DNA of 14,085 nucleotides, taken from NCBI GenBank assembly GCA_043228905.1, contig JBHGNT010000900.1, positions 1 through 14,085 on the forward strand, in the 5' to 3' direction. A program made the translations under genes and the position numbers. The DNA comes from Azolla caroliniana. Taxonomy: Eukaryota; Plantae; Polypodiophyta. The stretch's first letter is position 1. Each line of letters starts with the position of its first letter. Below the pieces are notes generated by a model, which was not told the DNA's origin, did not search any database, and saw nothing but the letters and a program-made list of their open reading frames with translations. This document shows positions 1-9,604 of this stretch, piece after piece.

Positions 1-437
1 AACGCAATTGCCCAAGTCTCCAGATGGAGTGTCCTACATGGGTATCACCACCATCCATCTCTAGGGTCTCACGTTGGCTTTCTGCAACTGCCCAAGTCTC
101 CGGAACATGTGTGCTCCTCATATAGACACAAAGATAATAACTTTTGCTCTACCTTATATATGGTGAGATCCTTATTTGTGCTGTCTATGTGGGATATCTC
201 ATAGTTTTATCTTTCTCTTTTCCTTTGTAAACTTCCTACCCATATAACTTGAGACTTAGATATCTGTTTCTTATGTAGTAAAGTGCATTTGAAAGCTCTT
301 GAAGACCTCCATCTTTTTGTACTAAGGTATTAAACTTATTTAAAATAGTATTTTCACTATTATTGTTTTATATGATTCATACTCGATTTCGTATGTTTTA
401 TGCGATTTTCACACCATTGCCGAAAATCTCCACGACA
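1..437 (-). repeat. 3' LTR, partial (about 283 bp expected outside the window)
   Basis: ~95% identical to 2979-3415; the match stops exactly at ...cacgaca (437), next to the PPT. Confidence 0.93.
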
Positions 438-454
438 TCCACCCCCACCAAACC
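438..454 (-). promoter_or_regulatory. Polypurine tract (G-rich)
   Basis: Minus strand GGTTTGGTGGGGGTGGA directly precedes the TGTCGTG start of the 3' LTR. Confidence 0.8.
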
Positions 455-557
455 GCACGTCCTTTGGTACGTGCCAAGAAGAGAGAATGTGAGATTTCAA
501 CAATGGTGATCATCATGACTCCTCAACGTCGAGCTTGTCTGTTTCTTTGTACTCGAA

Positions 558-2624
558 TCATTGTTGCCACCCAATCCAACATATCATTTGTTTTTTCTTT
601 GCTTTACCATGACTTGTTGTCATGGCCCCTTGCTCTCTTCTTGAGGATAATCGTTTAAGTCTCATGAATGTTCCATGTTTGTCTCGATCGTCTCTTTGCT
701 CAAGAAACTTTTACTCATTCACAGTAGTGTCTTTGATAGATGTTTTGATCATATCCTTCGGATCCTCATGGCTTGCTTGGCCATCACCAACCCTTGTCAT
801 ATTTTGCTCAAACTCTTTGTTGCACATATCAGCTTTAACCCTTGCTTCTTCCCCATCACTATCCTTCTCTTGGGTCTTACATTGGTTAATGCCCAAGTCT
901 CTAGAACGAGTGTGGAGGGACCCATACATTTCCATTGTTCTCCTTTTTCGTGCTGCACTTAGCCATTTCCATCTTAAAGTTGCTCGAATCAGCATTGACC
1001 TTTGCTTCCTCACCGCCAGCTTCCGTCTCTTGGGTCTTACATCGGTTAATGCCCAAGTCTCTAGAACTAGTGCAGTGAAAAGCTCTTCATGGCCATTCAC
1101 CATCTTCGCCTTGACGTCATTTTCCATAGCTATTCATTCAAACTCATGGACCTCGTACCCATCGATCCTTTTTATTGAGCAATCCTTTATTATGCTTCTC
1201 TCTTCGCTGCATGTATTAGTTTCGACCTTCAGTTCTTCGCCATCACCTCCCGTCTCTTGGCTCTTACATCGGTTCTTGGACGCAATTGCCCAAGTCTCTA
1301 GAACAAGTGTGGAGAAAATTTGGCCGTCATCATTGGTTGTATTATCTTGGTCCTTCTCTTCCTTTTCGCCACCATCCGTCTCTTGGGTCTCACGTTGGTT
1401 CCCATACACAGCTGCCCAAGGCTCTAGATGAAGTGTTAGGAAAGTCTCCACATGACCATCCGCCATCGACTCGTTCATAGCCATCTCCAACTCGATGTCG
1501 TTTTTCGTCTATCTCTTCAATCTCATGGGCCTCGCACCCATTGACCCTCTTCATCGAACAAGCTTCAATTATGCTTCTCTCTTTACCTTCGACCTTTGGT
1601 TCTTCGCCATCACCTCCCGTCTCTTGGGTCTTACATCGGTTCTCGGATGCAATTGCCCAAGTCTTTGGAGCATGTGTGGAGAAAATCTTGCCATGGTCGT
1701 TTATCTTGTTCATAGTCACCTCCTCGATGTCATCTTTAGCGGTTAGATCCTCAATTACACTAGCCTCGCATTCTTTATCTCTATTGATGCAAGCTTTGAT
1801 TAGGCTTGCTCCTTCATCATCCGATGTTTCAAACACAACGCATGTTCCGAAACATTTGTCCTCCTTTGAAATGGTTGTCATCGTCCTCAAGTCATCATCA
1901 ATCTTCTTTTCATGTTGGATGCGTTGTTTAGGTGTCTCGACTTCTTTAGATGGTTTTGATTTTTTTACGCTTGTTCTTACCAAGTCAATATCATCAAGCC
2001 ATTGATGAAGCCTGTCGATCTTGTTGCATGCTTGCTGCACCGCAACCCAGTCCGCCACAAGGTCGTTTGCTTGGGTATCATCTTCGAGGAGAGTCCCCAA
2101 CTCTCGTCTATCCTTCATGTCCACGGCTTTCAAGAAGTACAAAGTCTTGTCCTCCTCTAGCAGCACTTGGTCCGTGGCGGGGAGACGACGAAACATTTGG
2201 TCGAATTCGTCGTACACCCTCAAAGCGCTCATCCTCTTATTCTTCTTTTCTATCCACTTCATCAGGGTATGTCGAGTCATCCTCGACAAATCTTCCATCG
2301 TGAACTCCGTTAATATTGATCTTTCAAACTCTGACCACGTTGTCTTGCTTTCTTGAAGCTCGATGACGCGTCTTTGGATGTTGTTGGCAACAACTCTCTT
2401 GAAGCTTGCGATTTGACGTGCTTCAAACACGTCCCTTTTATTCATCTCCCTTTTGTATGCATCAAGGAACTTCGTAATGTTCCTTCCGTCAAATTGACCC
2501 TCGAGCTCAACGACACGGTTGACAGCCTTCTCCATGTTGCATCGTTGTCTCGAGATCTCATCATTTGTTCGACGATCAACATCATCCTTTTGAACTCTCC
2601 CGCTTGGTTGCTTGAGGATGCCAT
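558..2624 (-). pseudogene. gag: Gag-like protein with a long repetitive, charged C-terminal extension (disrupted)
   Basis: ATG at 2624 (MASSSNQ...). A 1-bp frameshift near 2536 joins FDGRNITKFLDAY...TWSEFERSILTEF, a retrotransposon gag capsid-like pattern. A second frameshift near 1500 and in-frame stops at 1134 and 711 join the ORF-track pieces 1134..1490 and 711..1127. No CCHC knuckle seen. Confidence 0.8.
865..1700. repeat. Five copies of a ~55-bp motif (ctcttggg...gcccaagtctctaga) plus a ~200-bp duplication (about 1140-1330 vs 1520-1700)
   Basis: Copies near 865-920, 1022-1075, 1250-1315, 1375-1440 and 1615-1690. On the minus strand they encode recurring (E/K)TWA...KTQE-like peptides. 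Confidence 0.88.
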
Positions 2625-2669
2625 CTCCAAGTATCGGTTGATCCTCGACTTGATCCTTCCTACCGCCTC

Positions 2670-2687
2670 TTCACGTCGAGTTCACCA
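2670..2687 (-). promoter_or_regulatory. Primer-binding site complementary to the tRNA-Trp(CCA) 3' end
   Basis: Minus strand TGGTGAACTCGACGTGAA, 8 nt inside the 5' LTR boundary. Plus strand ttcacgtcgagttcacca matches the plant tRNA-Trp 3' end as I recall it (TTCACGTCGGGTTCACCA) at 17/18; the mismatch would be a G:U pair. Confidence 0.85.
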
Positions 2688-2695
2688 GTTAATTA

Positions 2696-3415
2696 TGTCA
2701 TGAAGATCCGTCACTACGCACGGATCGTGAGGTAGAACCACCAGGGTTCTGGACCTGAAGGACTCGAAGTTTGCACTAGCTTTAGTGAGAAAGGAATTAA
2801 GATAGATTGAATGAGAGAGAGACTGAGATAAGATAGAACACTTGACTTTAGATTTGAAGAACAAGATTGATACATCAATTGGATAACGAATTTTTTCCTT
2901 TTAATTTCTTGATTAATAACTCGCTCCCTTTCATACATCACTCTGACCATCTATCTCTTGGGTCCCACGTTAGTTCTCAATGCAATTGCCCAAGTCTCCA
3001 AATGGAGTGTCCTACATGGGTATCACCACCGTCCATCTCTAAGGTCTCACGTTGGCTTTCTGCAACTGCCCAAGTCTCCGAAACATGTGTGCTCCTCATA
3101 TAGACACAAAGATAATAGCTTTTGCTCTACCTTATATATGGTGAGATCTTTATTTGTGTTGTCTATGTGGGATATCTCATAGTTTTATCTTTCTCTTTTC
3201 CTTTGTAAACCTCCTACCCACATAACTTGAGACTTAGATATCCGTTTCTTATGTAGTAAAGTGCATTTGAAAGCTCTTGAAGACCTCCATCTTTTTGCAC
3301 TAAGATATTGAAATTATTTAAAATAGTATTTTCAATATTATTGTTTTATATGATTAATACTTGATTTTGTATGTTTTATACGATTTTCACACCATTGCCG
3401 AAAATCTTCACGACA
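2696..3415 (-). repeat. 5' LTR (720 bp)
   Basis: Starts tgtcatgaagat and ends atcttcacgaca, an 11/12-bp terminal inverted repeat with TG...CA ends. Bases 2979-3415 match 1-437. Confidence 0.93.
3132..3138 (-). promoter_or_regulatory. Putative LTR TATA box
   Basis: Minus strand TATATAA in mid-LTR, conserved in the other LTR (154-160) and oriented toward the PBS and gag. Confidence 0.5.
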
Positions 3416-4230
3416 ACGGCTAGTCGAGTAATGTATTGCTTGGTGACATGTGTCCATGACCACATGCTCGGTTACATTCGAGAAGCCAAGATGTTGAAGG
3501 AAGCATGGGAGAATCCAGGAAAGATTTTCACAGCCAACACAACCGCAAGAAAACTTCAACTCTGCCAATATTTGAACAACATCCAACACAGGGACATCTC
3601 TATCACAAGCTACACCTTGAAGATCAAGGAGCTTTGTGACTCACTCAGCTCAATAAACATCAAAGTGGAGGATGATGAGATGGTGCAGATATGCCCAGGC
3701 GGCCTCGCACCACAGTACAACGCGATGAGAACCATCGTCCTAGCAAGAGACTACCCCCCCTCTTTCTTCAATCTTCAATCAATGTTGTTGGTTGAAGAAA
3801 ACCATGTTCAAACAAGGAGCAATGCCTTGAAAGGCCACATGCTCTACACACACTTGGACAGAGGAAGAGGACACGGTCATGCAAGAAGCCCATTTGGCCA
3901 AGGACAAGGCAGATGGGCTTCGGCTTATGAAAACAACTCCCATTACCAACAAGACAGTGGAAATTCAAGAGGAACATTCAAAAGAAGGGGTAGCTTCCAT
4001 GCCGGTCCAAGCCGACAAAAAAACCCCATCAAATGTGGATATTGTGGCAAAATCGGCCACCATGAAGAGGAGTGTAGAAAGAAAAAGAGTGAGTCAGCTT
4101 CTACAAGCCGACAACTCACCAATTATGCCACCAACTCCGAATACGACGACTATGGTGATTTATTTGTAATGAGACATAGAGTGAATTTTATGTCAGCCTC
4201 AGGCCCGACCAGCACCTCTAATTTGGACAA
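3416..4230 (+). pseudogene. gag: Copia gag (UBN2-type domain and CCHC zinc knuckle); 5' part displaced by the LTR insertion
   Basis: SRVMYCLVTCVHDHMLGYIREAK..KEAWE..KIF, SITSYTLKIKELCDSL, and CGYCGKIGHHEEEC at 4034-4075. Confidence 0.92.
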
Positions 4231-4485
4231 TGTATGGTTTGTCGACTACGGCTCATCAAACCACCAGCCTCGCATCAAGAACGGCTTCGAGACCTACGAA
4301 AGCTGAATCGACCCAGCTATGTCAAGTCCGGAGATGACACTACACATTTGATTCAACATGTCGACAATGTCCCATTTAAGAAAGAAGGTGAACAACCTTG
4401 CATAAAAAACGTCTTGCATGTACCGACAATAACGAGGAATTTGGTCTCGGTTGGCCAAATTGTTGAGCAAGGCATGCAAGTTTGA
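4231..4485 (+). pseudogene. Copia aspartic protease (degenerate)
   Basis: VWFVDYGSSNH (decayed DSG.SNH motif), a frameshift, then IKNVLHVPTITRNLVSVGQI. Confidence 0.9.
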
Positions 4486-4620
4486 TTCAACCAAGGTGAT
4501 TTCTTCATTGAGAAGGAAGGCAGACTAATCGCTCGTGGTTGAAGGCAAGGGAAAATGTTTATCCTCAAGTTGAACATGGTAAAATAGGCCATGCCTGTAA
4601 AGGGCCATAAAGCAAGCACC

Positions 4621-5470
4621 GATCTAGAGTTATGGCATAAAAGAATCAGCTGTATCCACCTTCAAAAGCTCTAGGGGATGCAATCAAAAGGAGTCACCAT
4701 TGGACTCCCTACATTCAAAGAGAAAGAGATTGAAGGAGTATGTGGAGCTTGCCAATTTGGCAAGCAACATCGGCACTCATTCCTGAAAGAGAGGAATGTG
4801 AGCAAAGACCTATTGAACGTAATCCACTCAGATGCGTGGGGACCTGCTCAGACGGTAACATTCGGAGGATGTCGACACTATGTTGCCATTATTGACAACA
4901 TCTCCAGGCACACATGGATCTTTCCCATGAGGCAAAAGATTGAAGTGTTTACACACTTCCAAAAATTCAAACATGGAGTCGAAAAGGAAACAAGTCGTCA
5001 TGTTAGATGCCTTCGGTTGGATGGAGGTAAAAAGTACTTCTCCAACGAAATTTTGGCTTATCTCCAGAAAGAAGGAATTCTGTGAGAGTTTATATGCCAA
5101 CACACTACAACAGAACGGAGTGGTTGAACGCAAGAATCCGCACATCCTCAAAGTAGCAAGGGCAATGATGAACGAAAAGAATTTGCCAAAATCGTATTAG
5201 GCAAAAGCAACAAATATTGCCGTCTACCTAATGAACTGATGTACGACATCCAACATACACGAGATCACCTCTCATGAGAAATACTATGCAAAGAAGCTGG
5301 ATCTATCCCATTTGAGGATATTCGGCTTAATTGCATACGTGCACATTCCCAACGAAAAGTGACGAAAGCTAGCTCCCAAGTCGGAGAAATGCATCCTTGT
5401 AGGGTACTCACTGGAACAAAAGGGGTACAAATGCTTCAACCCCTCTACCCGGAAGGTTCGTGTAAGTCTG
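4621..5470 (+). pseudogene. Copia integrase (degenerate)
   Basis: LWHKRI, CGACQFGKQ, IHSDAWGP, IIDNISRHTW, LRLDGG, QQNGVVERKN and KSEKCILVGYSLEQKGYKCFNP, with several stops. Confidence 0.95.
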
Positions 5471-5911
5471 GACGAATTAGCATCATGGTATGAACCTGGG
5501 CCGACTCCTCCCGAACCATCTACAAACGACCTTGACAACACAGAAGAGGATGATCACTAAGGTCAATACCCGAGGAGAGTCTGACCTCAACTAGATTGAG
5601 CGGACCACACGAACCTCCAAGTGACCAAAGCATATCTCAAACGATTCTAAATATGGACAAAGGGAAGGCCAAAATGCCAGAATATGAAGAAGATCAATCC
5701 AACGGCAACGAATCAACTCACTCACTTGAAAGTGAGTTTGGTGCCTTTGATGTGCCTCTTATAAGGACACCTAGAGTGAAGAAAGCTATTGCCATGGAAA
5801 ATGAAAAACTTCGTCGCTCCACCCGAGAATATAATATGGTTAGCCGATTCGGCTACAATGACTATATGGCATATCACTATGCCTTTTATATTGAAGGTGG
5901 CAGTTGTTCGT

Positions 5912-6142
5912 GAACCGAAAAGCTTTGCCAAAGCCATTAAAGATCCGCAATGGGTTGAAGCGATGAACGAGGAGATGCAAGCTCTCTCTAAGAACGAGAC
6001 ATGGGATCTCGTCCCCCACTCACCTCACAAGAAGGCAATCGGTTGCAAATGGATATTCAAGGTGAAGTATAATGTTGACGGCTAAGTCAGTCATTATAAA
6101 GCCCGACTCTTAGCGAAAGGATACGCACAAACACATGGAGTC
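5912..6142 (+). pseudogene. Copia reverse transcriptase, N-terminal fragment
   Basis: EPKSFAKAIKDPQWVEAMNEEMQALSKNETWDLVP..KKAIGCKWIFKVKYNVDG*VSHYKARLLAKGYAQTHGV, then an abrupt loss of homology. Confidence 0.95.
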
Positions 6143-6519
6143 AGATCTCATTGATGAAGGAAATAAATGAGCTTCATTTCCAAGTATAGTGGCTTTGTGC
6201 ACAAGATTATCGATGTGAAAAGTTTTCTAATGAGAACTCGTTGATAAAGGAAATATATGAATATACACAAATATTCATTTCTTTTTGTCACTTCCAACAT
6301 AAGAATATTCTGCAATAGAATATGGATACGGAACAAACATTGCAAAGTAGAAGCTCAAATACTTGAGGATGAAGAAATTGAGTATGCGACAAAAGAAAAA
6401 GTCATGGCTTTTGAAATAAAGTAGCTTTGGACCTCTACATGCTCTCGGAGATACATAATCTCATACATTCTTGATTAAGAAAAAATATAAATTAGTTAAA
6501 ATAGAAAACAAATAGCTTT

Positions 6520-7485
6520 TGGAATGATGTAGGTCAACAATCGGAGTATTCAGCATCAAAGTCCACATTAGAGCTTTTGAATACATCTTTTGCATTGAGA
6601 CCATCCTTGCTACGCTTTTCAGCTCCACCTATAGAACATCAATACCTTTAGGAAACCATCAACCCATATACTTGTCTGATTTTATAATCCTTCCAAACAC
6701 ACAATCTACATATACCTAGAATCCCCATTTCAACAGTTTGGTCAAGTGTTTGAGAGCCCTATTATTAAAGTTCATCTTTATCAAATGTTGAGTCTCATAT
6801 TGGGATTTACAACTTTATCTTTATCAATATGTTGTGGATGTATGAAAGATCAATCAATATGTTGTGTTCTGCATAAACCCGTTTCCAATTCGTATGTTTG
6901 CCGAAGAGTTCGCGTATGGCCTCAAATCACCAAACTTCATAAGTATCTTATAATTTCAATTTTGCATAGTCATCCTCGATTGTTGATTCTTATACATCTT
7001 ATTTGGCAGGGGTCTAAGCACTGGTACAGTGATGATGACGTCTACCTCCATACGTTACAATCACTAAGTGGGCACAACATGTTTTGGGTCTCTAAACTTG
7101 TGACCACATCTTGTTTTTTGCCAATCTCTATATGTCTTGTACATGTTATTTTACCCCTCGGTATTGCAATTGGGTTACTTGTAATAGCCACACTTGTATA
7201 GATCTTGGATATGTCGAATATCGGTCCTTTTGTCAAAGCCATATGGGGCGTGTAAACAAACTTGTTTGGCCATTTTGGGCTTGTGAATGCCTTGTAGGTA
7301 TTGTAAATTTCCGGCATGTAATTTTGCCCACAATATATTGTATTTTACACAATACAAAGCAACACTTTTTGATAAATTCCTGTACATATTGTAGCTTTTT
7401 TTCGTGCATATTACAATACTCATTGGGCCATGTATAGAAACTTTAAATAGTTCAAACAATAGTTGGGAGCCACAAAAACAATTTT
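6520..7485 (-). pseudogene. Degenerate coding region for an unidentified Cys-rich protein
   Basis: Joinable minus-strand frames: KCFCGSQLLFELF..IVICTKK..LYCVKY / IYCGQNYMPEIYNTYKAFTSPKWPNKF..MLCPLSDCNVWR / ESTIEDDYAKLKL*DTYEVW*FEAIRELFGKHTNWKRVYAEHNILIDLS. Stops fit CAA>TAA and CGA>TGA decay. Family not recognised; boundaries approximate. Confidence 0.45.
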
Positions 7486-7791
7486 ACTACCGATATGCAA
7501 TATTGAAAATTTACATGTAAATTATAGCTTCATACCTTGTAACTTTCATCAATACAGAACACGTAATAAATAATAAAGTCAAATAACCTTTATCAAACTA
7601 GAATACAACACAATCAACTATCAACACTAGGATACCTAACATCTCACCATTTGAAGACTCAAAATACATAACACAAACTATTGAATCATGATCACATTAA
7701 ACCAAAGTACCTTTAATCTATTACAATTAAAACAAAACATGGAACTGATGACGACCAACCTCTACACTAGAACCTGCCCTAGCGAAGCAAT

Positions 7792-7800
7792 AAACCCTAA
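7792..7800 (+). promoter_or_regulatory. Telo-box-like motif AAACCCTAA
   Basis: Exact match to the plant telo-box, in the spacer between two divergent decayed coding regions; could be chance. Confidence 0.3.
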
Positions 7801-8238
7801 CCTAAAACTATAAAAAAATCAATTGAGTTGAAATGATGAAGGAAAAATGAAAAGACATATACTAGTTCCTAAAACCCTGCCTCAAAGGGGATGAACTCGA
7901 TGCAATGAACAACTACTTTGCTACTCACATTCAACCTTCTCCCCAAGGTTTTGTAATTTCCACCCTCACCTACCTCATCATTTGGAATTTCCATTAAGAG
8001 CCCTTGGTGACAAATCTTGTTTTGCAGGATTTACAATGCATTTCAAAGTCATAATGGTATAAATATATACAACAAATAGATAAACACATTTTCTATTTTA
8101 TTTTTCTTCGTGTTCTTTTGTTTATTGGAGAACTTCCTAAACTTACCCTTTCTAAAATTATCACAACAGGAAGTACAAAAATTATAAATGGAAAATGAAT
8201 CTCGGCAAAACCAATCCAGCTAGGGTTGTCAAACTCGA

Positions 8239-9059
8239 GAAAAATATAAAACTCTTCGCACTTTGGAGACCCACTATGAGTCCAAGGCTACTCCATTAGA
8301 ACTTGTCACTTTTAGATTCTTTATGATACCAAAGGAGGTACATAACATGGTCAATATGTTAAAGATAGGAAGTGCATTGTCGGAAGTTGATTGGTCTTTG
8401 ATGATGCAAGATGCCTATGCATTCCAAGATCTAGGCAAAGTGGCACATTTCCAACCATACTTGCATGGTCCAAATGGATCTCGAGCTCAACAACCATTTA
8501 TCTTGATACTTCAAGCTAAATGGATATTGGAAATGTTGGATAGATTGTCGCAAAACAACTCTTGGGCAATCGACTCCACATTTTAAACTAATTAATTTGG
8601 GATCCCATTATATGCAGTTGTTGCATCAAATGCCATGGGAATAGGGATCCCACTATGGTATATGATTTGTAGTTCTAATAAGGTCTCATATCATGAGCAA
8701 GTGGCATTAGAAACTTGCTTGAAAGCCACATTTGCTAGGATGCCTAGAGTAAGGCTTAGAATACGCAAACAAACCTGGAGTTTGGCAATATATCGACAGT
8801 GGATGGTCTAGACAAACTTGTGTTTGGAGGAGTCTATGGCCCAAGTTTGGTAGACTATTCAATTATGGACATGTTGACACTACCAATCTTGTGAACTGAG
8901 AAGGTTCGATGTTTGCATTGTAATGGTTTGACATTGACTTCAAGCGACTCCAATGCAAATTGTTGCAAAAATTGTGGGTGTGTAACTTGCCATACTTTGA
9001 ACAAGAGCCTTGATCTCATAGTTTTTTATGACATTACATCATGTGATTTTTATATGTAA
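8239..9059 (+). pseudogene. Mutator-like (MULE) DDE transposase, internally deleted
   Basis: QPFILILQAKW..SWAIDSTF*TN*FGIPLYAVVASNAMGIGIPLWYMIC is the first catalytic D region. After a frame jump near 8757 comes WQYIDSGW..WPKFGRLFNYGHVDTTNLV, which precedes the catalytic E. A further jump leads to RCLHC..CKNC, with a stop at 9057-9059. Confidence 0.82.
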
Positions 9060-9137
9060 AATTATGTATTTTTGTATTTTTGAAAAAGTTTTTGATATTT
9101 TTTTAAACAATGGTCGCTTCAGAAATTTCAATCGCAT

Positions 9138-9270
9138 ACCCAGGTTAGGTTCATGTACCCGGGTTAGGTTTGGGTGTTACAGAATAGCTTGTTAGAGCTG
9201 GGTTAGTTGTGGCAGATCCAATTGTTAGAGTCGGGTTAGATATGACAGAGGCTCGTCAGACCCGGGTTGC
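9138..9270. repeat. Cluster of five YYRGGTT(AG) short direct repeats, subterminal-repeat-like
   Basis: acccaggttaggtt (9138), acccgggttaggtt (9157), ttgttagagctgggttag (9189), ttgttagagtcgggttag (9222), acccgggtt (9260). Confidence 0.65.
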
Positions 9271-9300
9271 GTTTTAGGCGCGCACTTTTTGTGGATAGAG

Positions 9301-9575
9301 ATTGAACGGTGTAGACGCATGCACCATTCAAAACGTGCCATCCACCATCCGTGTCCGCGATTTCCTCACCAGTCCTAATTATGATTTGATTGCAAATAGA
9401 AACGAGTGTATGTATGTGATCTATATATGTGTTTATGTATGTATGTGATCTATGTACGTATGTATATGCGACATGTCAAAATACCTCCAAAATTTGAAGA
9501 GGGCAAGTGAGGGAATCGCAGAGAGGGACGGTGCAGGTCGCTCACCGAGGGCACGTGTGATCTGCACCGTCCAAT
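9301..9575. mobile_element. MITE/foldback-like element with ~69-bp imperfect inverted arms and a TATG-rich core
   Basis: attgaacggtgtaga (9301) pairs with tctgcaccgtccaat (ends 9575). 9342-9369 pairs with 9507-9534 at about 22/28. The core 9407-9468 is a degenerate (TATG)n. Confidence 0.6.
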
Positions 9576-9604
9576 GTGGAAAAAATTACGCGCGAAGAAA
9601 TGGT

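Larger units (their letters stand above)
1..3415 (-). mobile_element. Non-autonomous gag-only (TR-GAG-like) LTR retrotransposon, Ty3/gypsy-type; 3' LTR truncated by window start
   Basis: Direct repeats 1-437 and 2979-3415 (21 mismatches, no indels by manual alignment). Complete LTR with TG...CA ends, PBS next to the right LTR, PPT next to the left LTR. The 2258-bp interior encodes only a gag-like protein; no PR/RT/RH/IN motifs seen. Confidence 0.9.
3416..6142 (+). mobile_element. Degenerate Ty1/copia LTR retrotransposon, internal fragment without LTRs in the window
   Basis: Domain order gag, CCHC, protease, integrase, RT is diagnostic of copia; many stops and frameshifts. Confidence 0.96.

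Noticed and set aside
865-1700. Palindromic repeats with spacers resembling a CRISPR array
   Set aside because: Repeats are degenerate, spacing is irregular (~125-240 bp), the spacers are mutually homologous and coding, the context is a eukaryotic retrotransposon, and there are no cas genes.
622-2356. Long plus-strand ORFs (622..1431, 1541..2005, 2021..2356) as an antisense gene
   Set aside because: All lie in the same register opposite the E/K/D-rich gag frame and are Ser/Leu/Phe-rich with no motif, as expected for shadow ORFs.
2670-2687. tRNA gene
   Set aside because: Only the 18-nt 3' end including CCA is present, with no cloverleaf; it is a PBS.
3371-4306. Intact 311-aa gene
   Set aside because: The first 15 codons come from the inserted LTR. 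The rest is 5'-truncated copia gag running into a frameshifted protease.
6143-6480. ORF 6148..6345 or other coding remnants
   Set aside because: The frames I read are short or have multiple stops and show no recognisable motif; I cannot support a call.
6746-7437. Plus-strand ORFs 6746..7201 and 7111..7437
   Set aside because: Likely shadows of the more protein-like minus-strand frames.
9140-9240. Interstitial telomeric repeat (GGTTAG)
   Set aside because: Not tandem TTTAGGG or TTAGGG; dispersed motif copies fit subterminal repeats better.
9526-9572. Helitron 3' hairpin or bacterial-type terminator
   Set aside because: No CTRR end or U-tract at the expected distance; the hairpin is explained as part of the foldback arm.
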